A stretch of 63,100 nucleotides of DNA, counting the filler, from Methanobacteriota archaeon (GTDB lineage Archaea > JACRDV01): the NCBI GenBank assembly GCA_024860865.1. It is 7 parts of 7 records of this genome, joined end to end, with 100 filler letters (N's around TTAATTAATTAA, not from the genome) between each part and the next. Parts side by side here need not be neighbours in the genome. Positions count along the whole stretch, not along the records: positions 27,751 to 51,227 come from JACRDV010000075.1; 6 more parts are not named here. One strand, written 5' to 3'. Below the pieces are notes generated by a model. That model was not told where the DNA came from. It was given only the letters and a program-made list of their open reading frames with translations, and did no database searches. Below, one piece after another: positions 31,005 through 41,231 of this stretch; the first letter of the stretch is position 1; each line of letters begins with the position of its first letter. A program made the translations under genes and the position numbers.

Positions 31005-31615
31005 GCCTTGCCCCGCCTAAACAGCACGATTCCCTCTTTTTTAATCGCGGCGGCAAACTCATGTTTCGTTTCCGCCATCTCATCAAACTTGGCATCGGGC
31101 AACACAGTAGGCACAATTGAACAGCCTGTGCGGTGGCTCATGTCGCTAGCGATTTTTGTGATTTGTGCTTCTAATGCTTTCGTCGATCTTTTGACTAAGA
31201 CTAACAAATCCACATCGCTTCCCAACGTTGCAGCCCCGCGGGCAACCGAGCCATAAAGGATACAGGATCGAACCGCTTTAAGTTTTGAAACTTCTTGCAC
31301 AAATTCTTCGGCCACCTCTCGAAGGGGGAAGGTCTCGACAGCGATAGCAGACTTCAACGCCGGAAGATAGGGCGAGCCCGCTATCAAGTTAAATATTTTC
31401 GTTTTCTTTCCCAACAATCTCGATCTCAAAATCTTCGCATTTTCCATATCTAAGACCGTTCGCCAAACCGTCGCATGGGGGACCCCGGTAATTTTTTCGA
31501 GTTCCGGGACGCTCCAATCTTTCTCAGGGTAATTTAACATGACCCTAGCAATTTTCCTCCTTTTCTCTGAACCTAGAACCCGGGAGAGAACATCTGTTAT
31601 TTTAGTCCGCGTCAT
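31001..31615 (-). CDS. HTH + minimal nucleotidyltransferase (MNT)
   Basis: N-terminal HTH; LYGSVARG...SDVDLLV. Confidence 0.88.
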   Translation of the reverse strand: MTRTKITDVLSRVLGSEKRRKIARVMLNYPEKDWSVPELEKITGVPHATVWRTVLDMENAKILRSRLLGKKTKIFNLIAGSPYLPALKSAIAVETFPLREVAEEFVQEVSKLKAVRSCILYGSVARGAATLGSDVDLLVLVKRSTKALEAQITKIASDMSHRTGCSIVPTVLPDAKFDEMAETKHEFAAAIKKEGIVLFRRGKA

Positions 31616-31772
31616 GAACTAATTAGTCCACTTTGTGATATAAAAAACTTATGTATGGTCAGCGAGAATTCGAACCACACAAGTCCAGAGTTCTAGATTT
31701 TTCTATTCTAAAAAGCTTTTGGAAGAGTATTTTAAGCTTCTCCAGACAATAATAAACATAGAAGGTAATCTT

Positions 31773-31958
31773 ATGGAAATCTGGAGACCAACTCTGGGCC
31801 AACCGAGACCAAAAATTAAACCTAAAGTTCCAGAGCCGATAAAAGTTCCAACGCCGCCTTTAAGCTTGGAAACGTTACTTGATAGGATTGTTCGAATTGA
31901 ACAAAGGTTAGATAAAATCGAAGCTTCTCTTAAGAAATCTGGAATTTTAGTTGAATAG
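31773..31958 (+). CDS. Small Pro-rich/coiled-coil hypothetical protein
   Basis: GAAGGT upstream of ATG; RIEQRLDKIE. Confidence 0.5.
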   Translation: MEIWRPTLGQPRPKIKPKVPEPIKVPTPPLSLETLLDRIVRIEQRLDKIEASLKKSGILVE

Positions 31959-32013
31959 CAAAAAAAAATGCATTACGTATTTAGTCTTAATTTAAAATAT
32001 TTTGTTTGTTAGT

Positions 32014-33303
32014 CTATTTGCTAGCTTCTTGTTTTATAAATTGCTCTACAAATTGCTTAGCTCGATCCAACCGCACTTTACCTTCTTTTGCTAATGCCTC
32101 AGCAACTTTATCTATAAGTTCTCCAGTTGCCCCGGCCATTATAGCTATGTTTCTGGCATGTAACGCCATGTGGCCTTTTTGAATGCCTATAGTAGCCAAT
32201 TCCTTTAGTGCTGCTAAATTTTGTGCTAAACCTACTGCTGCAATTACTTCTCCTAATTCTGTTGCTGTTTTTACGCCTAATATTTTAATTGCTATTTTAG
32301 CAATGGGATGTGAAGCTGTGGCGCCGCCAACTAGTCCCACAGCCATTGGCAGTTCAATCGTGCCAACTAAATCTCCATCATTATTTTTCTCCCAAACAGT
32401 TAATGGAATATACTGGCCCGACCTTGCAGCATATGCATGAGCACCGGCTTCAATTGCTCTCGTGTCATTGCCAGTAGCTAAAACAACTGCAGTTATTCCA
32501 TTCATTATACCTTTATTATGAGTTGCACAACGGTAAGGATCAGCTGCGGCAAAGGCATAAGCTTCAATTATTCCATCTACAACCTCTTCTCCACCCAATG
32601 CCTCCTTTGCAAAAATTGCTTTTGCCCGCGCTAGTCTTTTAGTGGCTAGATTTGAAATAATCCTTAAGTATACTTTACCTAATGTTATCTTTTCTATGAG
32701 AGGGGTAACAGCTTCAGCCATAGTATTAACTGCATTCGCGCCCATTGCATCTCTACAGTCAACAAGAAGCTCAGTAATAACCATTTGCCCAGTAATTGTA
32801 TCAATCACTTTTACTTCTATATCCTTTGCTCCACCACCCAACGAAACAAGTATTGGATCTTGCTCGTTAGCTTTTTTTATTATCTCTTCCTTAGCAGACA
32901 ATATTTCCAGTTTAGCTCTATGTGGGTCAACTACATGAACAGCTTGAATTTGACCTATCATTATTGGGGCAGTGCTATTTGTGGTAAAACCGCCTTTTAC
33001 TCTAGCCATTTTAGCTGCGTTGCTAGCTGCGGCAACTACAGAAGGCTCTTCAATGGCCATTGGAATTAGATAGTCTTTTCCGTTGATGAGAAAATTTACT
33101 GCGATTCCAAGTGGAACCGGCATTACTCCAATTACATTTTCAATCATTCGATCTGCTTGTTCTAATTTCAAAGCTCCGGTTGCTCGAATAAGTCCTACTT
33201 CTTCATCGGTTAAGTTAGCAAATTCCTTTACAATTTTTGCTCTTTCTTGGGTGCTGAGCTTATAGAATCCAGAAATTTGGGATGATTTGCCCATATTCAT
33301 CAC
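32014..33303 (-). CDS. mvaA: Class II HMG-CoA reductase
   Basis: [38 protein letters not shown]. Confidence 0.95.
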   Translation of the reverse strand: MMNMGKSSQISGFYKLSTQERAKIVKEFANLTDEEVGLIRATGALKLEQADRMIENVIGVMPVPLGIAVNFLINGKDYLIPMAIEEPSVVAAASNAAKMARVKGGFTTNSTAPIMIGQIQAVHVVDPHRAKLEILSAKEEIIKKANEQDPILVSLGGGAKDIEVKVIDTITGQMVITELLVDCRDAMGANAVNTMAEAVTPLIEKITLGKVYLRIISNLATKRLARAKAIFAKEALGGEEVVDGIIEAYAFAAADPYRCATHNKGIMNGITAVVLATGNDTRAIEAGAHAYAARSGQYIPLTVWEKNNDGDLVGTIELPMAVGLVGGATASHPIAKIAIKILGVKTATELGEVIAAVGLAQNLAALKELATIGIQKGHMALHARNIAIMAGATGELIDKVAEALAKEGKVRLDRAKQFVEQFIKQEASK

Positions 33304-33520
33304 TTTATGGTTAAATCAACTCTAAAAATGCATAACAATTTCCAGCTGAAGTTAAATAATTGATTGTCTTTGATAAATAATTCGGTCTTTACTCCATGAA
33401 AAATGCTAGAAAAAATAAAAATAAAAGAAAATATCCTAGAATAGGGTCAGTAAAAAAAATCCTTTAACTTCTCCAATTGAGGAGTAGACTTATTAATTGG
33501 GGCTAAAATACATATCTCCA

Positions 33521-33656
33521 GCCCCGGTTTGCTCATCCGGAAGCCACCCTTATGGGCTTCAACCGGTAGCTCAGCCTGGTAGAGCGGCTGCTTGGTAAAG
33601 ACAAATTGCATACAAAAAGCAGTAGGTCACGGGCTCAAATCCCGCCCGGGGCTCCA
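33521..33656 (+). tRNA. tRNA-Thr(GGT) with 37/38 intron (33598-33617) and a 39-nt insert after the 5' acceptor strand
   Basis: GCCCCGG/CCGGGGC-T-CCA, D-arm GCTC..GAGC, stem GCTGC/GCAGT, loop TT-GGT-A; functionality uncertain. Confidence 0.75.
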
Positions 33657-33897
33657 CCCCTTCTAAATACCAAATTTTATTAAATCAAACTGTTCCTAAG
33701 AAAAGAACATGCAAATAATTACAGTAGGTAAAATTTCTCTAACACTATTTTTGCTAATTAATCTGCCTTTGGTGCTTATAATCTACTGGGCAATAATTGA
33801 TGGCTTATCTACCACTTAATAGGCGGTTGCTATATCCTGTATCAATAAATTAATTTTAAAAATCTGCTGAAAACCATTCTTGTTTAGCTGGTTAGAT

Positions 33898-34596
33898 ATG
33901 GAGCGCGCAAAACAAATTGCTGGAGAAGCTGTGGCAAATTTAGTAGAAAATAATCAAGTTATCGGATTAGGAACTGGTTCCACTATTGTATATACAATAA
34001 AAATGCTCGAGACACGAATTAAAAAAGAAAAACTAAAATTTTTAGCGGTTCCAACTTCCTCTTGTACTAAAATTCTTGCAATAAAAGCAGGGATCCCTCT
34101 AACCTCACTTGAAGAATACCCTGAGTTAGACATTGCAATTGATGGCGCGGATGAAGTAGACCCAAAACTCAACTTAATTAAGGGAAAAGGGGCTGCACTA
34201 ACGCAAGAGAAGATTGTCGCGAGTGCAGCAAAGCAATTCTTTGTTGCTATCGATGAGTCAAAGTTAGTCAAATGCCTTGGACAAAATTATTCCTTGCCAA
34301 TTGAAGTCTTGCCTTGTGCATGGAGGGCTGTTGAAAGAAAAATGGAGAGAATGAATGGAAAACCTGTTTTAAGGTTGATATCAGAAACAGCTCGACCAGT
34401 TATTACAGACAATGGCAATTTTATTCTTGATGTTGACTTTGGGCTGATAAAAAATCCAAAGCAACTTGAACAAAAACTTGATGCAATTCCAGGAATAATT
34501 GAGACAGGTCTTTTTGTAGGTATGACAACAGCAGTCTATGTGGGAACCAAAAAAAATAAAATTAAAGTTTTAAAAAATAATTTAGAAATTTCTTAA
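33898..34596 (+). CDS. rpiA: Ribose-5-phosphate isomerase A
   Basis: GLGTGST, IDGADEVD, TDNGN. Confidence 0.96.
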   Translation: MERAKQIAGEAVANLVENNQVIGLGTGSTIVYTIKMLETRIKKEKLKFLAVPTSSCTKILAIKAGIPLTSLEEYPELDIAIDGADEVDPKLNLIKGKGAALTQEKIVASAAKQFFVAIDESKLVKCLGQNYSLPIEVLPCAWRAVERKMERMNGKPVLRLISETARPVITDNGNFILDVDFGLIKNPKQLEQKLDAIPGIIETGLFVGMTTAVYVGTKKNKIKVLKNNLEIS

Positions 34597-34698
34597 AAAT
34601 TATATTATAAAAATTATTGAAAAAAATTTAATTAAATAATATTATTATATAATTTTAAATTGTTAGAAAAAAATTTAATTTTTAAAATTATAATAATA

Positions 34699-35073
34699 TT
34701 ATTCAAATTGTTTAGTTAAATCTTTTAAGCGTTCAATTTCATAACGACGTTCATCGCATTCTTTAGTTTTTTCGCTTTCAAGCCAATTTACAATTTGTGT
34801 GAAACCGACATTTGCATCATAACTTTTTAGTGGACGGCCTTTGCCTTTCTTTTTGATCTCTTTTTCCATAATCCAACCTAAGACCTTTAGTTCTTTCATC
34901 GCAATGCTGACTTCAGGCTGACGAAGGTCTGCTCCCAATTCAACTTCGCGTGAGGTAGCTGATCTTGCTCTTATGAGAAAAACAGCAGCTTTAGCGACGT
35001 GTCGTTTAATTCCAAGGTTTGTTAAAATTCCAACATATTGCATATCCCGCTTTTCTAAAACCGGTTTATCCAT
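34699..35073 (-). CDS. Winged-helix transcriptional regulator
   Basis: SREVELGADLRQPEVSIAM, GKGRP. Confidence 0.85.
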   Translation of the reverse strand: MDKPVLEKRDMQYVGILTNLGIKRHVAKAAVFLIRARSATSREVELGADLRQPEVSIAMKELKVLGWIMEKEIKKKGKGRPLKSYDANVGFTQIVNWLESEKTKECDERRYEIERLKDLTKQFE

Positions 35074-35215
35074 AAAAAAACCAATATTAAAGTTAAAATT
35101 ATATAATATATAAGATTATTTATCACTGTTTGGTGTTCGAGCTTGTATACAAGTGTTAGTTAATAAACTAACAAAAAAAATGTAAAAAAGTTAAACTTGC
35201 TAACATCCCAGACTC

Positions 35216-35530
35216 TTATATCTCTATTTTAATTCCTTCGGCTTTTTTCAGCTTCGGATTTAACTTTTCGATTGCTTCAACCAACTGCTCAACTTTTGGA
35301 TCTGTAATCATTCTCTTTAGCTCACTTAGCTCTGATTTTGACCTTAAAAAAGTGCCTTTCCATTTCCCAGGCGTCCTTACAATAACTGCTAAACTTTTAG
35401 GTTTCGTTTTAGATTCCGGTAGCACAGCTATGCTTACATTTTCCAACTGAGTCTTAACTTCTTGAATAGCGCTTGAATGTGTTTCTTCTAAAATCTTCTT
35501 CAGTCTAGAAACTAAATCTTCGGTGCTCAT
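35216..35530 (-). CDS. Hypothetical protein
   Basis: GAGG RBS, downstream of 35562-35957. Confidence 0.6.
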   Translation of the reverse strand: MSTEDLVSRLKKILEETHSSAIQEVKTQLENVSIAVLPESKTKPKSLAVIVRTPGKWKGTFLRSKSELSELKRMITDPKVEQLVEAIEKLNPKLKKAEGIKIEI

Positions 35531-35561
35531 ATTATTCGCTAGCCTCAATTAAGTTGAAATA

Positions 35562-35957
35562 TTACTCTTCCTCGGTTTCCTCAGGCATTTCTTCAGCTGT
35601 TGTTTCCTCTTCCGGAAATCCTGCCTCAACTTTTTCCACTGGTTCCTTTATTTCCTCTGGAGGTTTAACTTCCTCTTTTTTCTCTGGTTTGGGAAGAACG
35701 CCTTCTTTTATGAGCTCTCTTTTTAAAGATGTTACTTCTTTAATTTTCGATTTTGCTTCCTTAACTTTAGCTTCAATTTTTTTCAACGCTGCCTCAAGCT
35801 TACCTGTTCGTCTCAAAACAGCCTCATATTTGTTAGATAATTTTTCAACCGAGCCTTCAGCCTTTTTTGAAGTGGCCTTAATTTCCGTTTTAAATCTCTT
35901 TTCTAAGTTTTTAAGTTGATTAACAAGTTTTTTAGTTGGGTCAGATTTTTTAGCCAC
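35562..35957 (-). CDS. Basic coiled-coil protein with acidic tail
   Basis: Lys-rich heptads then Glu/Pro-rich tail; GGTGA RBS. Confidence 0.65.
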   Translation of the reverse strand: MAKKSDPTKKLVNQLKNLEKRFKTEIKATSKKAEGSVEKLSNKYEAVLRRTGKLEAALKKIEAKVKEAKSKIKEVTSLKRELIKEGVLPKPEKKEEVKPPEEIKEPVEKVEAGFPEEETTAEEMPEETEEE

Positions 35958-36364
35958 CTTATCACCCGAGCTTTTATTCGCTTCACATATACATAAAATT
36001 ATAAGTTTGTTTTTAGTTAGAAACTCGAATTACTACTAAAAACTTGCTAATTGCTCTTTCTGACCTAGTGTTTATAACTACATCTTCGCGAAGGTAGCCT
36101 ATTCTTTCCTTTCTTTATACTAGTTGACCAAAGATCACTATTCTCTTAAGTTTATCCCAATTACTAGGACACATACGTATCAATTGCTAGTGAAACAGCT
36201 TATCCTCCTTAATGTTTCTAACTTCTTAGAAAACTTTCTTGCACCTAAAGCAGTATTTTCATTCAACGAAAATAATTGGAATCATATGAGAAAACCTATT
36301 CTCGGAAATAGTTACAAGCCTTGCGATTTTTTCTTTTATCAAATAGCGAGGAGATGTTTGCTCA

Positions 36365-36415
36365 CTAGCACCTCTTCTTGCCTGCTTTCTTTGCTTTTTT
36401 CTTTGCTGCTGCCAA
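36365..36415 (-). CDS. Putative 16-aa Lys-rich micropeptide MAAAKKKAKKAGKKRC
   Basis: GAGGAGGTG RBS 7 nt before TTG; isolated in an intergenic gap. Confidence 0.55.
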   Translation of the reverse strand: MAAAKKKAKKAGKKRC

Positions 36416-36641
36416 ATTTTTACACCTCCTCTAAATATTTTTTACTGAAATTCTTCAGATCTGTGTTTTTCATTTCTCAAGTTAGAGATACAGTAATTAA
36501 AACAATCTTTTTTATCTCGTCTTAAACTATATAGTTTTCTAAGTGGTTTGAGTTGACCAATTAAAAAACTAAATTACTTTTTTATTAAAAATTTTGAAGA
36601 CGCTAAACTTTACTTTAAAAAATTAAACTTTGATTAACGAT

Positions 36642-37580
36642 TCATTGCTCAATCAATATTTTATCGTCTACTTTTATCGTTGGTTTTAGAAGAATACCAT
36701 CCATATGAAATGGAACCTCATTTTTTCCGCCAAAACCTATGTTCCCACCGAGAGCAATATGGCACGTCCTTGTTACCTTTTCATCCTCTAGTATATTTCC
36801 AATAACTTTAGCCTTTGGATTTGTTCCAATCCCAAACTCCGCCACCGCCCTAGCTTTCTCTCCAAGTTCATCAAAAACTCTTAATAATCCCTTGGCTTTT
36901 CCTTTAACTTCTTTAACAATTCCATTTATAACAGCCAATTCGATTTTTCCTTTAGCTAGTCCAAAGGAGTCGAAGACTATTTTCCCATTAACACTTTCTT
37001 CAATAGGGGCAATAAAGACCTCGCCTCCAGGAAGATTTCCGTATTCGCCAGGCTTATGAATAATTCCAGTATCTTTGTACCATTTTCTGCCTGCAACTAT
37101 CATGCTAACATCAGTTCCACTTTTTGACTGAATTTTTACAACTTTAGAGCCTTTAACTAAATTGAACATTTTTTCTGTTAGTTTTCTAACTTTTTGGTAG
37201 TCTGCAGTTAATCCACCTTTTGTAAAGGAGAACTGCGTTATCCTTGGCATGCTTGCTATTCTTGCTCCATTCTTGCACGCCTCAATTCGAGCCTTGGTAT
37301 GGGTTAAAGAATAAAAAGTTGGAGCAATAACAACATCACTTACTCTCATTGCCTCAGCTGCTGGTTCTGGAGGCTCTTCGCCGTCATTGATTCTTGGCTC
37401 CATAATGACCAAAGAAGCTTCATTGCTTATTTCTCTAGAAGCTTCATACAAAATTTTTCCAATTTTTAACATTTTTATGTCAGTTAAAATCAGAACCTTT
37501 TCGTGCGGCTTTATGTCTAAGCATTGAGTGGTTACCGTTTTTGCGCCTTTTATCATGGTCATCTGTATGGATATCCTCAT
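36642..37580 (-). CDS. M29-family (thermophilic metalloprotease) aminopeptidase
   Basis: GNLPGGE, AEFGIGTNP, EDEK, CHIALG, HMD. Confidence 0.9.
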   Translation of the reverse strand: MRISIQMTMIKGAKTVTTQCLDIKPHEKVLILTDIKMLKIGKILYEASREISNEASLVIMEPRINDGEEPPEPAAEAMRVSDVVIAPTFYSLTHTKARIEACKNGARIASMPRITQFSFTKGGLTADYQKVRKLTEKMFNLVKGSKVVKIQSKSGTDVSMIVAGRKWYKDTGIIHKPGEYGNLPGGEVFIAPIEESVNGKIVFDSFGLAKGKIELAVINGIVKEVKGKAKGLLRVFDELGEKARAVAEFGIGTNPKAKVIGNILEDEKVTRTCHIALGGNIGFGGKNEVPFHMDGILLKPTIKVDDKILIEQ

Positions 37581-37629
37581 ACAAAAAATTATTTTAAGGT
37601 TTGAAAACCTTATAATAAGGCGATTGAAA

Positions 37630-38172
37630 ATGCAAAAAGTCGCAATAATAGTTATAGATATGCTAAAGGATTTCGTTACTGGCTCTCTTAAATGTGATAG
37701 AGCGGTTAGAATTATCTCAAATATAAAGAATCTGTTAGATCACGCTAGAAATAAAAATATACCAATAATTTTTTCAAACGATCATCATATACCAACAGTT
37801 GACAAAGAATTTAAGCTGTGGGGACCACACGCAGTTGCTGGAACTGAAGGAGCAAGAGTCATTGATGAACTAAAGCCCAACGAAGGGGGTTACATAATAA
37901 ACAAGCGCAGGTATAGTGGATTTTTTGAGACTGATTTAGACCTTTTGCTTAGAGAACTAGATATAGAAACAGTTGTTTTAACTGGTTTACACACCAACAT
38001 TTGCGTTCGCCATACTGCTGCTGATGCTTTTTTCAGGGGTTATAAATTAATTATTCCAGAAGATGGGGTGGAGGCGTTTACTGAAGAGGACCATAAATCT
38101 GGAATTGATTATCTGAAAAAGATCTATGGGGCTGAAATTACTACAACCAGCGAGTTAATCCAGAAGCTTTAA
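37630..38172 (+). CDS. Isochorismatase/cysteine hydrolase
   Basis: IDMLKDF, KRRYSGF, TNICVRHT. Confidence 0.92.
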   Translation: MQKVAIIVIDMLKDFVTGSLKCDRAVRIISNIKNLLDHARNKNIPIIFSNDHHIPTVDKEFKLWGPHAVAGTEGARVIDELKPNEGGYIINKRRYSGFFETDLDLLLRELDIETVVLTGLHTNICVRHTAADAFFRGYKLIIPEDGVEAFTEEDHKSGIDYLKKIYGAEITTTSELIQKL

Positions 38173-38210
38173 TAGCTACTTCTTCGGTAGAAGATTTTTG
38201 GTAAAAGGGA

Positions 38211-38627
38211 ATGGAGATAAATTGGAAAAAAGGAATAATCGCAGGTATAGCCGCAGGAGTAGTATTTTTAGTAGTCGGTATGGTCTCAGGATTTATTTTC
38301 TCTCCAGAATACGCAGCTACGCCACAACTATGGAAACCAATGACCGGGGCTTGGTGGTATCAAATTATTGCATTAAACTTTTTAGAAGGAATACTGTATG
38401 GATTAATATTTTCTGTGCTCTACAACGGTATTCCAGGAAAAGGTTGGAAAAGAGGATTGAATTTTGGACTAATATTATGGTTAGTTGCAACAGTACCGGG
38501 AATGAGTATGACATACTTGACTATGGCTGTTCCAAATACAATAGTGCTATCGTGGACCATTGGTGGGCTAATCAGTCTTGTAATAGCTGGGCCTGTGATA
38601 ACAGTGGTTTATGAAAAAATCAAATAA
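38211..38627 (+). CDS. 4-TM membrane protein
   Basis: Four hydrophobic segments; GWKRGLNFG. Confidence 0.75.
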   Translation: MEINWKKGIIAGIAAGVVFLVVGMVSGFIFSPEYAATPQLWKPMTGAWWYQIIALNFLEGILYGLIFSVLYNGIPGKGWKRGLNFGLILWLVATVPGMSMTYLTMAVPNTIVLSWTIGGLISLVIAGPVITVVYEKIK

Positions 38628-38857
38628 TGAAAGATTTAAAAACAAAAACTTATTTCATGCATTATGTCGGTGTTATGGTGCAAATAGTACAGAACTTTGC
38701 TTCCTTCACATAGTGATTTTCACAAACAATTCTATGACAACCTATGCAGCGAAGGGGTTTTTTGGTGTCTCTTTGACAAACAGCACACTTCATAAATCCA
38801 CCAAAATCTTTGATTAATTTTATTTAATTGGGATGCTAAATAAGTTTAGCTAAAGAT

Positions 38858-39292
38858 TTGGGAGTTGATATTCTGCCCAATGTTAATCAAATAATGACTC
38901 CTGAAGTAGTAAGAGTTAATCATGCTGCGACTATCTTTGAAGTTGCTAAACTAATGGATCGCCGCAATATTGGATGTGTAATTGTTACTAAAGATGGGCA
39001 ACCAGTTGGTATCCTAACAGAGCGAGATATATTTCGAAGAGTTGTTGCAAGGGGATTGGATGCCACTAAAACACGCGCGGAAGAAATAATGTCAAGTCCA
39101 TTAATAACTTTGCCACCGGAAGCAAAAGTAATTGATGCAGCAGATTTAATGAGAAGAAAAAATATTCGAAGATTGCCGATCCTTAAAAACGGTACAATAA
39201 TTGGTATTATCACAGATCAAGATGTTTTAGGGGCTTTACAAAAGGAGTATCTTAGGCTAACGGGTGTACCTGAATATCTTGCTGATGAATGA
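38858..39292 (+). CDS. CBS-domain pair protein
   Basis: VGILTERD, IRRLPI, GIITDQD; start may be CTG 38873. Confidence 0.93.
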   Translation: MGVDILPNVNQIMTPEVVRVNHAATIFEVAKLMDRRNIGCVIVTKDGQPVGILTERDIFRRVVARGLDATKTRAEEIMSSPLITLPPEAKVIDAADLMRRKNIRRLPILKNGTIIGIITDQDVLGALQKEYLRLTGVPEYLADE

Positions 39293-39368
39293 GTTAAATG
39301 CTTATTAAAAAGATTAGTTTTAAGGAAGTAATCAAAGATATAATAAATTAAGCAAATTACCATTAGTT

Positions 39369-39461
39369 GCCGGGGTAGCTCAGTGGTAGAGCAACAGGCT
39401 CATAGAGTGGTGTCCTGCTTGGGACACCTGGAGGTCGCGAGTCCGATCCTCGCCCCCGGCA
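39369..39461 (+). tRNA. tRNA-Met(CAT), elongator type, with 21-nt 37/38 intron (39405-39425)
   Basis: GCCGGGG/CCCCGGC; BHB with CTCA/TGGG central helix. Confidence 0.88.
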
Positions 39462-39544
39462 TTCACTAATTCTACTAAATTTTAGGTTTCTAACGAAAAT
39501 ATTTATAAAATCAAATGCAATTACCACGTCTGTTTGGTGAAACA

Positions 39545-40225
39545 TTGAAGTTAAAAGTCCCTGTCATAATCGTCAACTTCAAGACTTATTCTGAAGCAAC
39601 TGGCGCTCGAGCGGTTAAATTATCGAAATTAATTGAAAAAATTGCTGATAATGAACAAATTAACGCCGCTGTAGCTCCACAAAACATTGACTTGGCAAAA
39701 GTAGCTGAAGCAGTTAATATACCGATCCTAGCGCAACATGTGGATCCAATAAAACCTGGAAGCTTCACAGGCAGCATTTTGCCAGAAGCAATTAAAGCAT
39801 GCGGAGCAGCAGGTTCATTGATTAACCACTCAGAAAAACCAATGAACTTAAACCAAATCAAAGTAGCAATAGAGAGGCTTCGAAAATTAAAATTAATTTC
39901 AGTTGCATGTGCAAAGGATGTTGAAAATAGTATTCAAATTGCTAAGCTAAGGCCAGATTTTATAGCAATAGAGCCACCTGCCCTAATTGGTGGTGGAATT
40001 GCAGTATCAAAAGCTGAACCAGAATTGGTTAGTGGTGCAGTCGCAAAAATTCATAAAATAAATCCAAAAGTGAAAGTACTTTGTGGTGCTGGGATAACCA
40101 CTGCTGAAGATGTTAAAGCTGCTTTACGGTTGGGAACAGTCGGAGTATTACTAGCTTCTGGAGTTGTTAAAGCAAAAGATCCAGCTCGAGCTATGAGAGA
40201 TTTATGCTCGGGCTTAAAGTTCTAA
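39545..40225 (+). CDS. tpiA: Archaeal triosephosphate isomerase
   Basis: NFKTY, NHSE, EPPALIG, LCGAGI, LLASGVVKA. Confidence 0.96.
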   Translation: MKLKVPVIIVNFKTYSEATGARAVKLSKLIEKIADNEQINAAVAPQNIDLAKVAEAVNIPILAQHVDPIKPGSFTGSILPEAIKACGAAGSLINHSEKPMNLNQIKVAIERLRKLKLISVACAKDVENSIQIAKLRPDFIAIEPPALIGGGIAVSKAEPELVSGAVAKIHKINPKVKVLCGAGITTAEDVKAALRLGTVGVLLASGVVKAKDPARAMRDLCSGLKF

Positions 40226-40237
40226 AGGAATTTCTTT

Positions 40238-41173
40238 ATGGCTGAAAAAAGAGACCTAGTTATTATCGGTGGTGGACCCGCTGGCTTGACTGCAGCAATT
40301 TATGCTGCTCGAAAAGCTTTAGATACGCTTGTGCTTGAAGCTGGAACATTTGGAGGACAAATGGTCTTAACTCATTCTATTGAAAACTATCCAGGTTTCC
40401 CAAATCCTGTCGCTGGAGTTGAACTTGCAAATTTGATGGCAGAGCAGGCAAAGACAATGGGGGCAGAGCTAAGAGAATTAGAAGCCGTGACTAAACTTGA
40501 ATTTAAAAATGATGCAAAATTAGTTTTTACGGCTAAAGAAGTCTATGAGACAAAGGCCCTAATAATTGCAACAGGTTCAGTTTATCAACATTTAAACATA
40601 CCGGGAGAAAAGGAATTCACCGGCAGAGGTGTTAGCTATTGCGCAACGTGTGATGCCCCGTTTTACAAAGGGAAAATAGTTACAGTAGTTGGCGGAGGTA
40701 ATACAGCCCTTCAGGATGCTTTGTACTTATCCGAAATCACTTCTAAAGTTTTTCTAATTCATAGGCGTAGCGAATTTAGAGCAGATGAAGTTTTTCAAAA
40801 TAGAGTCTTTAAGAGAGAGAATATCGAACTTGTTTTGAATAGTGAAGTGAAAGCTATTAAGGGAAAAGAAAAGGTCGAAGCAATTGATGTTTTCAACAAA
40901 CAAACTAGCAAAATAAAAGAAGTTAAAGTTGATGGTATCTTTATTGCAATTGGTCAAGTCCCTGTTTCAAAATTATGGCAAGATGCAGGAATTAAAACTA
41001 ATGAGCGTGGATACATCATTGTAAAAGATCACCAAGAAACAAATATTCCGGGGGTTTTTGCAGCAGGAGATGTAACTGGAGCAAAGGGACAAATAATTAT
41101 AGCGGCTGGCCAGGGAGCAATTGCAGCACTTAGTGCATATGATCATATCAAAGCAAAAGAAAAGCCTGCTTAG
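40238..41173 (+). CDS. trxB: Thioredoxin reductase
   Basis: GGGPAG, CATCD, GGGNTA, FAAGD. Confidence 0.95.
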   Translation: MAEKRDLVIIGGGPAGLTAAIYAARKALDTLVLEAGTFGGQMVLTHSIENYPGFPNPVAGVELANLMAEQAKTMGAELRELEAVTKLEFKNDAKLVFTAKEVYETKALIIATGSVYQHLNIPGEKEFTGRGVSYCATCDAPFYKGKIVTVVGGGNTALQDALYLSEITSKVFLIHRRSEFRADEVFQNRVFKRENIELVLNSEVKAIKGKEKVEAIDVFNKQTSKIKEVKVDGIFIAIGQVPVSKLWQDAGIKTNERGYIIVKDHQETNIPGVFAAGDVTGAKGQIIIAAGQGAIAALSAYDHIKAKEKPA

Positions 41174-41231
41174 TATTTGCTAGATAAAAGTTAAGAATTT
41201 TTATTAAACATTTAGATAGGATTAATTTCCC

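Noticed and set aside
33495-33529. Hairpin AATTGGGGCT/AGCCCCGGTT as a split or permuted tRNA leader
   Set aside because: Upstream arm overlaps the likely TATA region and is probably not transcribed
34597-34698. Nearly pure AT tract as a second origin or repeat
   Set aside because: No ORB boxes; lies between convergent genes and fits a terminator region
36124-36525. 133-aa plus-strand ORF
   Set aside because: No RBS or motif; antisense to the better-supported micropeptide
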